A DNA stretch of 64,000 nt. It comes from Solirubrobacterales bacterium. Its GTDB lineage: Bacteria > Actinomycetota > Thermoleophilia > Solirubrobacterales > 70-9. Numbering within the stretch: position 1 is the stretch's first letter; each line of letters starts with the position of its first letter. Shown here piece after piece: positions 47,766 through 56,468 of the stretch. The position numbers and the translations under genes are program-made. The notes beneath the pieces were generated by a model that searched no databases, had not been told where the DNA came from, and saw nothing but the letters and a program-made list of their open reading frames with translations. The stretch spans positions 50,277-114,276 of the forward strand of contig JAGQUQ010000001.1 in NCBI GenBank assembly GCA_020438425.1. Direction: 5' to 3'.

Positions 47766-48329
47766 TCAGTCGCGAAGGGTCTTCAGGGCACCGGACCACT
47801 TTTCGAGCGAGTTCAGCATTCCGGCAGCCCCCTTCTCGTTGATCTCGGAACCCTGGAAGTTGCCTTCGTCGTCGAGCTGGCCGGAGACGCCGGGAATCGG
47901 CACCATCTCCGGCACCGGCATGACCCCGAGCTGGGTCAGGGTCGGCTTGAGTGCCTGCACCGCGCGGGCACCGGCCCAGACCCCGCCGTAGCTCACGAAG
48001 CTGGCCGGCTTGTAGGTCCACTCGTGGTAGAGGTAGTCGATTGCGTTCTTGAGGGCCGGGGCCGGGGTCGCGTTGTACTCCGGGGTGACGAACACGAAGG
48101 CATCGGCCCGGTCGACGATCGCGGACCAGGTCTTCGTGTGTTCCTTCGTGTACTCGCGGCGACCCGGCATGTTCGGTTCGTCCATGAAGGGCAGGTCGAG
48201 CACCTTGAGATCGGCCACCTCGACATCGAACCGACCGTCAGCTTCGGCTACGGGCACGAACCAGTTGGCGACGGACTCGCCGACCCGGCCGGGACGGACG
48301 CTGGCGATCACAACGAGAAGATTGGTCAT
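47766..48329 (-). CDS. NADPH-dependent FMN reductase family protein
   Basis: 187-aa ORF with MTNLLVVIASVRPGRVGESVANWF and FVTPEYNATPAPALKNAIDY, typical of the family. Confidence 0.8.
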   Translation of the reverse strand: MTNLLVVIASVRPGRVGESVANWFVPVAEADGRFDVEVADLKVLDLPFMDEPNMPGRREYTKEHTKTWSAIVDRADAFVFVTPEYNATPAPALKNAIDYLYHEWTYKPASFVSYGGVWAGARAVQALKPTLTQLGVMPVPEMVPIPGVSGQLDDEGNFQGSEINEKGAAGMLNSLEKWSGALKTLRD

Positions 48330-48402
48330 GGGCCGAGACTACCCGCCGGTCAGGCCCGGCCGGGGGCCGGTTATCGTCTTCTCCACCCTTTCGGGGCATC
48401 TC

Positions 48403-49854
48403 ATGGATCAGCGCAACCGACCTGAAAGCGACGAACGCATCGACCCGGATGACCTGGAGACGGCTCTCCGGGTGTTCCGCGAACTCGACCGGCTCCCGGT
48501 CGAGCATCCCGATTCGATCACCGTCCAGCAGGCGGCGGCCGGTCTTTACAAGTCGGTGAAGATCCGTCGCCGGCAGGAGAAGCGCCGGCAGGTTCTCGAG
48601 CACGACGCCGAAATCACCGCCCGCACAGCGACCGCTGCCCCCGGCCGGATTGACGACGAGACCGAGGGCCTGCCGCTCGTCTCGTCGGCGAAGGGCGCCA
48701 GCGCCGGCACCCTGATCGAGCCCCGGGCCTGTTACATCTGCAAGGAGAGCTTCCGGGTGGTCGATGCCTTCTACCACCAGCTCTGTCCCGACTGTGCCGC
48801 CTTCAACCACGCCCGGCGCGACGCGCGGACCGACCTCACCGGCAAGCGGGCCCTGCTGACCGGCGGCCGGGCGAAGATCGGCATGTACATCGCCCTGCGG
48901 CTGCTCCGCGACGGAGCCGACACGACGATAACGACGCGCTTCCCGAACGACGCTGTCCGGCGCTTCCGGGCGATGGAGGACTCGGGCGAGTGGTTCGACC
49001 GGCTCCACATCGCCGGGATCGACCTGCGTGACCCGGGGCAAGTCGTCGACCTCGCCGATTCGGTCGCCGCCAGGGGTCCGCTCGACATCCTGATCAACAA
49101 CGCCTGCCAGACCGTTCGCCGCACCCCGGACGCCTACGCGCCGCTGATCCAGGCCGAGCTGGAAGAGCTCGAACCGGGCCCGCTCCCCGAGATCGAAACC
49201 TTCGACCGGCACGGCAGTCATCAGCTGACGGCAGCTGCGGCGCCCTCCCACTGGGCTCCGACGCCGCATGCGATCACGGCGATGGCCCTGACCGCCGGTT
49301 CGGCCGACTTCGACCTGGTCGACTCGGGCCGGGCAATCGACGCCGGCGGCCTGGTGCCAGATGTGGTGGACACGAACAGCTGGATCCAGCGAGTGAACGA
49401 GGTTGACCCGATCGAACTGCTCGAGGTCCAGCTCTGCAACATGACCGCGCCGTTCATCCTGATCAGCCGCCTGCGCCAGGCGCTGGCCGAATCCCCCGCG
49501 AAACGGACCTATGTCGTGAACGTTTCCGCGATGGAGGGCCAGTTCTCACGCGGCTACAAGGGCCCGGGCCACCCCCACACCAACATGGCCAAAGCAGCCC
49601 TCAACATGCTGACCCGGACCAGCGCCCAGGAGATGCTGGAGACCGACGGCATCCTGATGACCGCGGTCGACACCGGCTGGATCACCGACGAGCGGCCCCA
49701 TCCGATGAAGAAGCGCCTCGCCGACGACGGATTCCACGCCCCGCTCGACCTGGTCGACGGTGCCGCCCGCGTCTACGACCCGATCATCCGCGGTGAAGCC
49801 GGCGAGGACATCCACGGCGTCTTCCTCAAGGACTACAAGCCCTCGCCCTGGTAA
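48403..49854 (+). CDS. SDR-family oxidoreductase with an N-terminal extension containing a Cys4 zinc-ribbon-like motif
   Basis: The track ORF 48049-49854 is trimmed to ATG 48403, because the upstream part is antisense to the FMN reductase gene. The Cys motif is CYICKESFRVVDAFYHQLCPDC. It is followed by the Rossmann motif ALLTGGRAKIGMYIA and later by HTNMAKAAL (YxxxK-like region). Confidence 0.7.
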   Translation: MDQRNRPESDERIDPDDLETALRVFRELDRLPVEHPDSITVQQAAAGLYKSVKIRRRQEKRRQVLEHDAEITARTATAAPGRIDDETEGLPLVSSAKGASAGTLIEPRACYICKESFRVVDAFYHQLCPDCAAFNHARRDARTDLTGKRALLTGGRAKIGMYIALRLLRDGADTTITTRFPNDAVRRFRAMEDSGEWFDRLHIAGIDLRDPGQVVDLADSVAARGPLDILINNACQTVRRTPDAYAPLIQAELEELEPGPLPEIETFDRHGSHQLTAAAAPSHWAPTPHAITAMALTAGSADFDLVDSGRAIDAGGLVPDVVDTNSWIQRVNEVDPIELLEVQLCNMTAPFILISRLRQALAESPAKRTYVVNVSAMEGQFSRGYKGPGHPHTNMAKAALNMLTRTSAQEMLETDGILMTAVDTGWITDERPHPMKKRLADDGFHAPLDLVDGAARVYDPIIRGEAGEDIHGVFLKDYKPSPW

Positions 49855-51275
49855 CTGTCCCCGCCCGGTTCGGTTTCAAGAACCTTGCGGTTGAAGGTGT
49901 ACATGCCGGCGAAGAACAGGGCGCCGGCCAGCAGCAGCCCGCCGACGATCACGTCCGATGTCCTTGACTCGGCGGGAAGGACCAGCACGCTCAGAGCCAG
50001 GGCGAGCCAGGCCAGGGCACCGATCGCGACCGGAAGTTCGAAGCGCCCGAGCGAGAACGCACCCTCCCTGGTTCCCAGCTTCCGGCGCACCGACAGGTAG
50101 AGCACGACGACGCAGAAGTAGATCAGCAGGGGCAGGATCGTCGATGCGGTGATCAGCTTGATCAGCGAATCCCCGGGTACGAAGACCATCAGGGCAACCC
50201 CGCCGAGAAAGACCAGGATGGTCGCCGGGATCGGTGTCCGGGTCCTGGGGTTGACCTTGCTGAACAGCCGGTGGGCGGGGAACCGGGAATCGCGGGACAT
50301 CGCGAAGACCAGTCGCGCGGTGGTCGCCATGGTGACCATGCCGACCGCAAAGAAGGCGACGAGGAAGCAGACAAGCAAAACCTTTTCCATCACCGCGCCG
50401 AGTTGCTCCTTCATGATCGCCGCGACCGGAGCGCCGCTGTCGGTCACCGACTTGACATCTGGAATCGCGATCGTGAGTGCGACCAGAAACAAGAATCCGA
50501 GGACCGAAGCGGCAACGACCGAGAGCACGATTGCCCGCGGCACCGATCGATGCGGGTCTTCGGCTTCCTCGGCGAGGTTCGCGGCCGAGTCGAATCCGAC
50601 CAGGGTCACGAGTCCGGCGATCATCGCCAGGAGCAGCGGGCCGCCGAGATGGAAATAGTCGGAAGCGCCGGACGCGCTGCCTTGTGAAGTCAGGTTGCTG
50701 ACCGAGCCGTCGCCGGTGATGATCACGGCCCCGATCAGAGCGGCCGAAAGTCCGAAGACGATGGCGACCTCGAGCCCGACCGCCATCGAGGTGATGACGG
50801 CGACGATCTTGGTCGAGTAGATGGTGAGAATGACCTGCACCAGCAGGATGCCGACCGTGATCAACCGGGCCACGCCCTCATCGGGGGCGATGTTGAACAG
50901 GGGCATGAAGGCCTGGCTGGCAAGGGCGTTGTCCGCGGCGACGGCAGCGATCGCGAGGAAGCAGAAACTCATCCAGCCGAAACCCCAGCCCACTTTCGGG
51001 TTGGCCAGGCGGGAGGCCCACTGGTAGGAGGAACCGCTCAGCACGATCCGCGCCGCGAACTGGGCGACGACCAGGGCGACCAGGGTCTGGCCAACCGCGG
51101 TCACCAGCCACATCCAGATCCCGGCCGGTCCCGCCAGCTGCAGCACATCGTCGTAGGTAGCGAAGATCCCTACCGCAACCGAGATGAACGCGAAAGAGAC
51201 CGCAAACATCTGAAAAGGCCCAAGCTGCCGCTTCAGCTCCGTCCCGTACCCCGGTTCCTCGCTTTCCCCCATCAA
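49833..51275 (-). CDS. APC-superfamily amino acid permease
   Basis: 480-aa ORF, hydrophobic throughout with about 12 helices. The N-terminus is LKRQLGPFQMFAVSFAFISVAVGIF. Confidence 0.85.
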   Translation of the reverse strand: MMGESEEPGYGTELKRQLGPFQMFAVSFAFISVAVGIFATYDDVLQLAGPAGIWMWLVTAVGQTLVALVVAQFAARIVLSGSSYQWASRLANPKVGWGFGWMSFCFLAIAAVAADNALASQAFMPLFNIAPDEGVARLITVGILLVQVILTIYSTKIVAVITSMAVGLEVAIVFGLSAALIGAVIITGDGSVSNLTSQGSASGASDYFHLGGPLLLAMIAGLVTLVGFDSAANLAEEAEDPHRSVPRAIVLSVVAASVLGFLFLVALTIAIPDVKSVTDSGAPVAAIMKEQLGAVMEKVLLVCFLVAFFAVGMVTMATTARLVFAMSRDSRFPAHRLFSKVNPRTRTPIPATILVFLGGVALMVFVPGDSLIKLITASTILPLLIYFCVVVLYLSVRRKLGTREGAFSLGRFELPVAIGALAWLALALSVLVLPAESRTSDVIVGGLLLAGALFFAGMYTFNRKVLETEPGGDSYQGEGL

Positions 51276-51309
51276 CCGAAGCTACTCGATCAGCAATACG
51301 GAACGTGAA

Positions 51310-51439
51310 GAACCTCAAGCACGCATGCACAAACGCTGTCAGCGGAGCGCTGGCAAGGAGAGAGCGAAGGAGGTGAATCTCAAGGGTGCGTGCACAAAGG
51401 CCTCCAGCCGATTCGTGGCGAGGAGCCAAGCGAAGCGGT
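51310..51439. repeat. Two degenerate tandem 65-bp units in the permease upstream region
   Basis: Unit A (51310-51374) begins gaacctcaagcacgcatgcacaaacgc... Unit B (51375-51439) begins gaatctcaagggtgcgtgcacaaaggc... By eye the units are roughly two-thirds identical. A weaker third copy may follow at about 51463. Confidence 0.5.
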
Positions 51440-51537
51440 GCAGGGGGCGTACTGGAGGTACGTTCCCAAGCCGTTGAGCGTGCGACGAAGCCACGGGTCG
51501 GGTGGTGGCCTTTGGGCGCACCCGAATCCCGAGATAA

Positions 51538-51611
51538 CGGGAGCGACGGGACTTGAACCCGCGGCCTCTGGCGTGACAGGCCAGCGCTCTAACCAACTGA
51601 GCTACGCCCCC
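51538..51611 (-). tRNA. tRNA-Asp (GUC)
   Basis: The reverse complement is GGGGGCGUAGCUCAGUUGGUUAGAGCGCUGGCCUGUCACGCCAGAGGCCGCGGGUUCAAGUCCCGUCGCUCCCG. It folds into a cloverleaf with anticodon loop CUGUCAC and discriminator G. CCA is not encoded. Confidence 0.95.
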
Positions 51612-51705
51612 GTGAGGCGATCGATCGAAATCGACCGGGCGGGCATTATCGCAGTCTCGATCGAATCAGGGCCTCCGACCCTCTGTGGTCCGTAGACTCG
51701 GCGCC

Positions 51706-52557
51706 ATGAGACTCGTCACCTACGCATCTGATCGCGGCCCGCGGGCCGGAGTCCGGACGGAAGCTGGCGTGATCGACGCCTGGGACCTGATCGGAGATGG
51801 AGCCGGTTCGAGTGTCAGGGACCTGCTGGCTTCGGGACGTATCGACGAGCTCGGTCCGGCGATCGGGAACGGTGCCGGTGACCCGCTGCTGATCGGCCCG
51901 GAGGGAATCCTCTGCCCGGTTCCCGACCCGGACAAGATCATCTGCATCGGTCTCAACTACCGCGCTCACGCAGAAGAGACCGGGGCCGAAATCCCCAAGG
52001 CGCCAACCATCTTCGGCAAGTACCGGAACGCTCTGGTTCCGGATGGAGCGACGGTGACCCTGCCGGCGGCCAGCCGCAAGGTCGACTATGAAGCGGAAGT
52101 CGCTTTCGTGATCGGTCGCCGGGCCTCCGGCGTGGCGGTCGAAGACGCCCTGGACCATGTCGCCGGCTACACCCTGCTGAACGATCTGTCGGCCCGTGAC
52201 CTGCAGGGCCTGACCATGCAGTGGATGGCGGGCAAGGTCTTCGACGGCGCGGCACCTTGCGGCCCGGAACTGATCACTCCCGACGAGGCCGGCCCCCACG
52301 ACGGCATCGGCATTGCCATGCATGTGAACGGCGAGGAGCGCCAGAGCTCTTCGACCGCCGACCTGATCTTCTCGATTCCCGAACTGCTCGCGACGCTTTC
52401 CACCTGGCTGACCCTTGAACCGGGCGACATCATCTCGACCGGCACTCCTTCCGGCGTCGGCCTGGCGATGGATCCGCGCACCTGGCTCGAGGCCGGTGAC
52501 GAGCTGGTGGTCAGTTCACCGCAGCTCGGCGAACTCAGGACCACGATCGCCCGTTAG
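51706..52557 (+). CDS. Fumarylacetoacetate hydrolase (FAH) family protein
   Basis: ATG 51706 gives MRLVTYASDRGPRAGVRTEAGVIDA. Matches are ICIGLNYRAHAEE, DYEAEVAFVIG and PGDIISTGTPSGVG. Confidence 0.85.
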   Translation: MRLVTYASDRGPRAGVRTEAGVIDAWDLIGDGAGSSVRDLLASGRIDELGPAIGNGAGDPLLIGPEGILCPVPDPDKIICIGLNYRAHAEETGAEIPKAPTIFGKYRNALVPDGATVTLPAASRKVDYEAEVAFVIGRRASGVAVEDALDHVAGYTLLNDLSARDLQGLTMQWMAGKVFDGAAPCGPELITPDEAGPHDGIGIAMHVNGEERQSSSTADLIFSIPELLATLSTWLTLEPGDIISTGTPSGVGLAMDPRTWLEAGDELVVSSPQLGELRTTIAR

Positions 52558-52571
52558 CCGGCTCCGCCGGG

Positions 52572-53756
52572 TTACTTTTCGGCGCCGGCGATCTCGTTGC
52601 GAACGGCGGGGAGGTCCGCCGAGAGCGGCGCGGCCGGAGTTGCACTCGAGGCTGATGCGATCCGGTTCTTCGACCCGGCGGCAGACCACCTGACCCGGAC
52701 CGGGCGAACCCGCATCAGCCGGTTCCAGGTCTGAGTGCCGACCTGGCCGTCGACTGCGAGACCCCGACTCCGCTGGAACCTGCGTACTGCCCGGGCCGTC
52801 GTCCGGTTGAAGATTCCGGTCGGCTGCATCGCGTAGCCGAGTGCGATCAGGTGCTGCTGCAGCCACACCACCTGGTCTCCGCGGCTGCCGGTCTCCAGCG
52901 CGACCTTGCCCGAGAAGGCCCTGTATCCCGGCACCCGGGCGACCTTCTTGCCCAGCGCCGCCCACTCCGAGGAGTCGGTCTCCTGCCAGGACCACCAGCT
53001 TGCGGCCGACCCGTAATTGATCATGAAGCGGCGGAAGGCGAGCAGGTCCCGCTTCGGGGGGCCATCCCAGGTCTGGCCGGTCGCCCGGATCGGCCGCTTG
53101 TAGATCGAGTTCTGCTCCCAGGTGATCTCCAGCGAGGTTCGTACCGGATCCCCGATCGTGTGCCAGTAGACCTGGGGAAGGTTCACGTTGGCCGCACCGG
53201 GACCGAGGAAGACCGAGTAGGGGAAGGCCGGGTGGTAGTGGACGTAGGGGAACGAGGAGAGCCCGATCGGGAACCTCGGTCCGACCCGGCGACGAAGCTC
53301 GCGGATGTACCAGTCGGCCGCCGCGTACTTTCCTTCGTACTCGGCTTCGGCATTGATCACGAAGCAGTCGGCTCCACGCCTTTTCGCGACCGCGGCGACT
53401 CGGGCCTCGGCGATCGGACGGCGGCCGTATGTGTACTGCCAGCCGCAAACGTTCAGCCCGGCCGCCTGCAGGCGCCGGACCATCGGCTTGTTGAACTGGC
53501 TCCAGGTTTCGTCGCCGTCACCTGACTTGATGAAAAGGGTGCCGATATTCGCCTGTCTCGACTGCCGGATGATCGAGCGGAGGTTGCCGCCGTTCGAGTC
53601 GTCGACGTACCAGATCCACATCGCTGCTTTGTTGAACGGGCTGGCCGCTTCTGCCTTCTGTGGAGCGGAATACAGGGTCACGAAAAGGACCGGGAGCAGC
53701 AGGGCGATGAGCCCGAGTCGCCGGGAGAAAGTCTGTGTCATCGGGTGCTGGAACAC
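52572..53756 (-). CDS. Secreted protein: glycoside-hydrolase-like TIM-barrel region plus a C-terminal peptidoglycan-binding (PG_binding_1) domain
   Basis: 394-aa ORF with signal peptide RRLGLIALLLPVLFVTLYSAPQKAEA. The PG-binding motif is GDQVVWLQQHLIALGY...TARAVRRFQRSRGLAVDGQVGTQTWNRL. The start is either GTG 53756 or ATG 53741. Confidence 0.7.
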   Translation of the reverse strand: MFQHPMTQTFSRRLGLIALLLPVLFVTLYSAPQKAEAASPFNKAAMWIWYVDDSNGGNLRSIIRQSRQANIGTLFIKSGDGDETWSQFNKPMVRRLQAAGLNVCGWQYTYGRRPIAEARVAAVAKRRGADCFVINAEAEYEGKYAAADWYIRELRRRVGPRFPIGLSSFPYVHYHPAFPYSVFLGPGAANVNLPQVYWHTIGDPVRTSLEITWEQNSIYKRPIRATGQTWDGPPKRDLLAFRRFMINYGSAASWWSWQETDSSEWAALGKKVARVPGYRAFSGKVALETGSRGDQVVWLQQHLIALGYAMQPTGIFNRTTARAVRRFQRSRGLAVDGQVGTQTWNRLMRVRPVRVRWSAAGSKNRIASASSATPAAPLSADLPAVRNEIAGAEK

Positions 53757-53943
53757 GGTCAGCCCCGAATAAGAGCGGGTCCAACCGGATCGGCACCCGT
53801 CTGGAGCCGCCCCGGCAAGGTTTATTTCAGCCCTCGGCTGCCGCCTCGGACACCAGTCTGTGTGACCGACAACACAGAAGGAGCCATCCCCTGTAGCCTG
53901 CTTGGCAGGGAGCAGTTCAATTTCTTTCCGGGAGGATTCAAGG

Positions 53944-56406
53944 ATGCGTCGTTACGTCGTTCTGCTGGCTGCGTTGCTGGCCGGAGCACTCTTTACTGGC
54001 GGAATCACCGCTGCCGCTTCGGCGAAGAAGCCGAAGGCAGTCAAGCCGACCGTCAAGGTCCTCAACCTGAACGCGAGCCAGCTCGCGAAAGGCAAGGTGA
54101 AGGTCCAGGTCAAGGCCAACAAGGGCGCGAAGCTCCGCCTCTCGGGGACGACCTACACATTCGACACCGGAAACAAGACTCTCTTCAAGACCCGCACGAT
54201 CAAGCTCGGCAAGAAGAAGAGCAAGGTTGTGACCGTGGCCATCGTCCCGGCCGCCAAAGCCGGCATGGATTCCTGCCAGGCTCGCACCCTCACCGTCAGG
54301 GCCCAGAACGGCAAGAAGAAGTCCTCACGCAAGCAGTCGGTGAACAGGGATCAGGCCGACTGCAAGCTGACCACGGTCGATCTCAGCCGGGCTGCTGAAT
54401 GCGACTTCATCGCGCAGCCCAAGGACGGGATGTGCATGCTGCCCTTCCCGAACGACTTCTACACAGTCAAGGACGAGAGCACGCCGACCGGCAAGCGCAT
54501 TCACTTCACCGCCGGAGCGATGCCGAAGAACAAGGACGGGGTCGCGATCGATCACGTCAAGTACGACGAGTCCGACGGTTTCAGCCAGGGCGTTGGAGCT
54601 GTGGTCCGGATTCCGGGTCTCGACTCGATCGCCGCCGCGCAGGCCAACGATCTGGTCCCGCTCAACCATCTCGGTGACTACGCCGACCCCGACCAGAAGG
54701 TGGTCGTGATCAACACCGAAACCGGCGAACGGCACCCGATCTGGGCCGAAGTCGACTCGAACGCAGGTCTCGACCGCAACCGGGTGCTGGAGATCAAGCC
54801 TTCCGAGAACTACGAGCCGGGCACGCGCTACATCATCGCCCTGCGCAACCTGACCGACAAGGACGGCAACGCGCTTGAAGCGCCGAACGCCTTCCGTTAC
54901 TACCGCGACTCGGTCAAGTCCGGCCAGACCGAGATCAACCAGCGCCGGTCCCACTTCGAGTCGATTTTCAAGACCCTGAAGCAGGCCGGGATCAAGCGCG
55001 GCGACCTCTACCTGGCCTGGGATTTCACCACGGCCAGCAACGAGAACAACTACAAGCGGGCGCTCAGCATGCGCGACCGCGCCTTCGCCGAACTGGGCGA
55101 CGAGAACCTCGGTGACCAGATCGTCCAGGGCGACGCTCCGGACTTCACGATCGACAGCGTCCAGGTCCTGCCGACCGGCGACATCGCCCGCAAGATCAAG
55201 GGCCACTTCATGGTCCCCTGCTTCCTCGAGCCGACCTGCGGCCCGGGCGGCACCATGAACCTCGACAGCGAGGGCCTGCCGAGCCGCAACGGGATGTACG
55301 AGGCCAACATGGAGTGCATCGTCCCCCGGGTCGCGGTCCAGCCCGAAGCCGAGAAGACCCGGCCGATGGTCTTTGGCCACGGTCTCTTCGGCGACGCTTC
55401 CGGCGTCAACGGCGGCCCCAACCCGCCGCTGGCCCAGACCGGGATGACCATCTGCGGCACCGACGAGATCGGTATGTCGAACTCGGATGTGGTCCAGGTG
55501 ATGACTTCGGCCCTGCAGGACCTGTCGAACTTCGACGTCCTCGCCGACCGTCTCGCCCAGGCCCTGATCAACGAGCTCTACCTGGCCCGCCTGATGTACC
55601 ACCCGGATGGCCTCGGCACCCACCGGGCCTTCCAGGACGGTGACGGCCTGACCACGGACGGCGAATCGATGATCAGGACCGATCACGTCTTCTACATGGG
55701 GGCCAGCCAGGGCGGCATTCTCGGCGGCCCGCTGACCGCGCTTTCGCCGGACTTCATCCAGTCCTCGCTGCTGGTCGGCGCGATGAACTACTCGATCCTG
55801 CTGCCCCGGTCGATCGACTTCGACCTCTACGCGGCGATCATGTTCCCGCAGTACCCGAACGAGCTGGAGCGCCCGCTGCTCTTCGAGCTGATGCAGATGC
55901 TCTGGGACCGCAGCGAGCCAAACGGCTACGCCCACGTGATGACCGACAACCCGCCGCCGGACACCCCGGAGCACAAGGTCACCCTGCAGATCGCCCTCGG
56001 CGACCATCAGGTGTCCAACTTCGCTTCCGAGAACATGGCCCGAACCCTGGACATGAAGACCAACGCGGTGCCGGTCGACCCGGGCCGCTGGCCGGATTAC
56101 GACGTGCTCTGGAACGTGCCGCGACTGGCGCCTTCCGATTACCCGTACCGCGGCAACAACATCATCTACTTCGATGGTGGACCGCCGCGACCGGAGCCGG
56201 GCAACCCGACCAAGACGATCGGCACCGACGTGCCGCCGTTCACCAACACCCCGAACCGGGTTGCCCAGGACCCTCACGGCGCCCCGGGTGGAGCCAGCGT
56301 CGCGGTCGCTCTGACTTCGACCTTCCTCACCCCGAACGGCTACATCTCGGATGTCTGCTCGCCGAGCGCCTGCTACGGCGACGCCTGGGACGGAAGCCTG
56401 CCGTAG
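53944..56406 (+). CDS. Large secreted protein of unknown function, possible alpha/beta-hydrolase, with a Lys-rich N-terminal beta-sandwich
   Basis: The track ORF 53902-56406 is trimmed to ATG 53944, which follows GGAGGA. That start gives MRRYVVLLAALLAGALFTGGITAAASA (signal peptide). A Lys-rich module reads KKPKAVKPTVKVLNL...KGKVKVQVKANKG. A possible nucleophile elbow is FYMGASQGG, and VFGHGLFGD is also present. Confidence 0.6.
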   Translation: MRRYVVLLAALLAGALFTGGITAAASAKKPKAVKPTVKVLNLNASQLAKGKVKVQVKANKGAKLRLSGTTYTFDTGNKTLFKTRTIKLGKKKSKVVTVAIVPAAKAGMDSCQARTLTVRAQNGKKKSSRKQSVNRDQADCKLTTVDLSRAAECDFIAQPKDGMCMLPFPNDFYTVKDESTPTGKRIHFTAGAMPKNKDGVAIDHVKYDESDGFSQGVGAVVRIPGLDSIAAAQANDLVPLNHLGDYADPDQKVVVINTETGERHPIWAEVDSNAGLDRNRVLEIKPSENYEPGTRYIIALRNLTDKDGNALEAPNAFRYYRDSVKSGQTEINQRRSHFESIFKTLKQAGIKRGDLYLAWDFTTASNENNYKRALSMRDRAFAELGDENLGDQIVQGDAPDFTIDSVQVLPTGDIARKIKGHFMVPCFLEPTCGPGGTMNLDSEGLPSRNGMYEANMECIVPRVAVQPEAEKTRPMVFGHGLFGDASGVNGGPNPPLAQTGMTICGTDEIGMSNSDVVQVMTSALQDLSNFDVLADRLAQALINELYLARLMYHPDGLGTHRAFQDGDGLTTDGESMIRTDHVFYMGASQGGILGGPLTALSPDFIQSSLLVGAMNYSILLPRSIDFDLYAAIMFPQYPNELERPLLFELMQMLWDRSEPNGYAHVMTDNPPPDTPEHKVTLQIALGDHQVSNFASENMARTLDMKTNAVPVDPGRWPDYDVLWNVPRLAPSDYPYRGNNIIYFDGGPPRPEPGNPTKTIGTDVPPFTNTPNRVAQDPHGAPGGASVAVALTSTFLTPNGYISDVCSPSACYGDAWDGSLP

Positions 56407-56432
56407 GCCTCCGATCCCGAAGAAGTCCAGAG

Positions 56433-56468
56433 AAGCCCCGGAGCGGAAACGTTCCGGGGCTTTTCTTT
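56433..56468. terminator. Rho-independent terminator between convergent genes
   Basis: aagccccgga (56433-56442) pairs with tccggggctt (56453-56462) and is followed by TTCTTT. It overlaps the stop codon of the minus-strand deacetylase gene. Confidence 0.65.

Noticed and set aside
48049-48402. Upstream 118 codons of track ORF 48049-49854
   Set aside because: It is antisense to the FMN reductase gene. The coding-like sequence begins at ATG 48403.
51276-51537. Glycine or other tandem-aptamer riboswitch in the permease leader; tRNA-Asp-linked attachment site
   Set aside because: The GGAGAG/GAAGGAGG strings are on the wrong strand and too compact for glycine aptamers. I found no duplicated copy of the tRNA-Asp 3' end and no integrase nearby.
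54325-56277. 650-aa ORF on the minus strand
   Set aside because: It is antisense to the 53944-56406 secreted-protein gene. It has Arg/Val/Gly/Asp-rich shadow composition. The plus frame has a signal peptide and hydrolase-like motifs.
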